Source: Bdellovibrionales bacterium
GTDB lineage: Bacteria > Bdellovibrionota > Bdellovibrionia > Bdellovibrionales > JAUICD01
Assembly: GCA_965203275.1 (NCBI GenBank)
Contig: OZ241865.1
Location: 608,001 to 672,000, forward strand
Length of the DNA stretch: 64,000 nt
Direction of reading: 5' to 3'
The translations under genes were made by a program, and so were the position numbers. Below the pieces are notes generated by a model. The model made no database searches, was not told the origin of the DNA, and worked only from the letters and a program-made list of their open reading frames with translations. Positions within the stretch are counted from its first letter, which is position 1; the number at the start of each line of letters is the position of its first letter. This document shows, in pieces, positions 62,416 through 64,000 of the stretch.

Positions 62416-63597
62416 TTAAATATCAGGGACTCCACCGTAAGTACCGGCTAAATATTTTTTAGCTAAATCATCATCTGATCGGACACCTTCTATTTCATCA
62501 AGTCTATAAATTTCGCTTTCACAGTCTTTGTTTTTCTCAGTTAAAAATACCTGATATTTTGAGAGTAGCCTCAGTATAATAGGTGCATGGATGGTACACA
62601 ATAGCTGAGAGCCGTGAGGGTTGGTTTCTGGTTGTATAAATAAATTACAAATAAACAGTAGCATATCCGGATGTAAAGAAGATTCAAATTCATCTATCAC
62701 ACAAGGTGTACCCTTTTTTAGAGAAGGTAAAATAAGCCTAAGTAGAGTATAGATCTGTTGTGTTCCATGAGATTCTTCCATGAAAGGAAGCATAAAGTGT
62801 TTGTTTTTATGTTGATGTTGTCCAAAAGCAAGATATAATATCTCTTCTTTTTGACTTGATTTTCTAACGCCTTTTCCTTTTTTTATTTGAACATCACTTA
62901 ACCCCAGATCCATTTTTCTGATGTAATCCTTAGCTTCATTAAAATAATCTTTATTTTTAAAGTAAAAATAAGAAGTTTTGAATATTTCTTCAATTGAAGC
63001 ATGATTACGATGAAGTGAGAAAGCCATGTTGCTCCAATATTCCTTGATTTGAAAGAGCTTTTCATTATTGAGCTGTACTGCTGTGGATACAACAGAGGCA
63101 TTGGGCCTGACCATATTAATAAAGTCTTTTTTAAGTTTTAACTCATCGGTAGCTTTAAAAGTATAGGAATTTGTAGTAGGATTATACTCTCTTGAATACA
63201 AATTACGCATTTTCTGTTCAGGCCGATAGTCTAAGCTTTCTAACAAGACTCTTTCTTTATTGATCTTTAAGCGAAACCTATAAAGCTTCTGCTCTATATA
63301 AAACTCTACTTCAAAAGAGGATGGTTGGTCTTCTTGGAGTCTATAAGCATTATATAATACATGCCTCGGTTTTAAAAAAAATGAATCAACAATAAACTTT
63401 TTCAAGTAAAATAGAGATCCCAGTGCATTGCTTTTCCCTGAACCATTAGCTCCTAGGATGGTTGATATTTTTGATAGACGATCAGAACCACATTTTTTAA
63501 AGGCATAAGTTTTCGGAGCATGTTCATTGACTAAAAAGTCAATTGTTCCTTCACCAGAAAAAGATGCAAAATTACTAAACTTAATGGATTTGATCAT
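62416..63597 (-). CDS. AAA_21/ABC-type ATPase, RloA/AbiLi-like
   Basis: GANGSGKSN, EESHGT, IDEFESSLHP, QLLCTIH, KKYLAGTYGGVP. Confidence 0.88.
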   Translation of the reverse strand: MIKSIKFSNFASFSGEGTIDFLVNEHAPKTYAFKKCGSDRLSKISTILGANGSGKSNALGSLFYLKKFIVDSFFLKPRHVLYNAYRLQEDQPSSFEVEFYIEQKLYRFRLKINKERVLLESLDYRPEQKMRNLYSREYNPTTNSYTFKATDELKLKKDFINMVRPNASVVSTAVQLNNEKLFQIKEYWSNMAFSLHRNHASIEEIFKTSYFYFKNKDYFNEAKDYIRKMDLGLSDVQIKKGKGVRKSSQKEEILYLAFGQHQHKNKHFMLPFMEESHGTQQIYTLLRLILPSLKKGTPCVIDEFESSLHPDMLLFICNLFIQPETNPHGSQLLCTIHAPIILRLLSKYQVFLTEKNKDCESEIYRLDEIEGVRSDDDLAKKYLAGTYGGVPDI

Positions 63598-64000
63598 AAT
63601 AAAACCTTTTTTTAAATATTTTAAATATTGTAAATATTTTAAATATTGTAAGTATTGTACTGATAATTCTTATTATGACCAATTTATATCAAATTTCAAC
63701 AAAAATTTGTGATTTTTAAGAGAAAATTAGACAAAAATCACATTTAAACACTTTAAATGCTAGTTTCTTAGGCTTTTATCTATCACGCGCTTGCGTTATT
63801 GTCTCATTATGAAACAGTTGACTTGAAAAACCTTGACTATTTTATCTTTCAAAATCATCATAGCTACGCTGAAAGATTAAAACTAGGGCATGCTATTTTA
63901 GATTAAAGCTCAGAATGCTATTTTAATTGTCTACCATCTTAAATAAAAATATAAAATACTAAAGATATTGAGCTTTGAAGCTGAACACCATACTGCAAAC

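Overview
AT-rich bacterial chromosome segment, most consistent with a Bdellovibrionota genome (inferred from the LuxR protein, MepA-domain lipoprotein, several prepilin-like genes and short EF-Ts). The housekeeping backbone comprises pyrD, trhO, pepA, ftsQAZ, rpsB-tsf-pyrH, engB, dppB, holA, tatD, tRNA-Leu and tRNA-Asp, with several normally conserved operons broken. Accessory content: a type III-like restriction-modification pair (mod 27599-30163, res 14946-17702) split by about 10 kb of cargo (Avs-like STAND NTPase between direct repeats, a type IV pilin cassette, a complete IS256, a HEPN/DUF4209 fragment), an RloA/RloB-like pair and secreted ankyrin proteins. The most unusual signals are: (i) a tandem array of nine paralogous membrane-anchored coiled-coil genes with shuffled 11/18-aa modules next to tRNA-Asp, plus a related gene pair sharing an NHIPT motif; (ii) about 20 full copies of a ~105-nt three-way-junction element whose stems co-vary between copies; (iii) a 413-bp inverted-repeat-bounded element upstream of both type IV pilin genes; (iv) an identical G-quadruplex motif beside the second pilin and beside the array; (v) an unannotated nrdB C-terminal remnant ending in FTLDADF. 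All family assignments come from motif recognition by eye; no searches were run.
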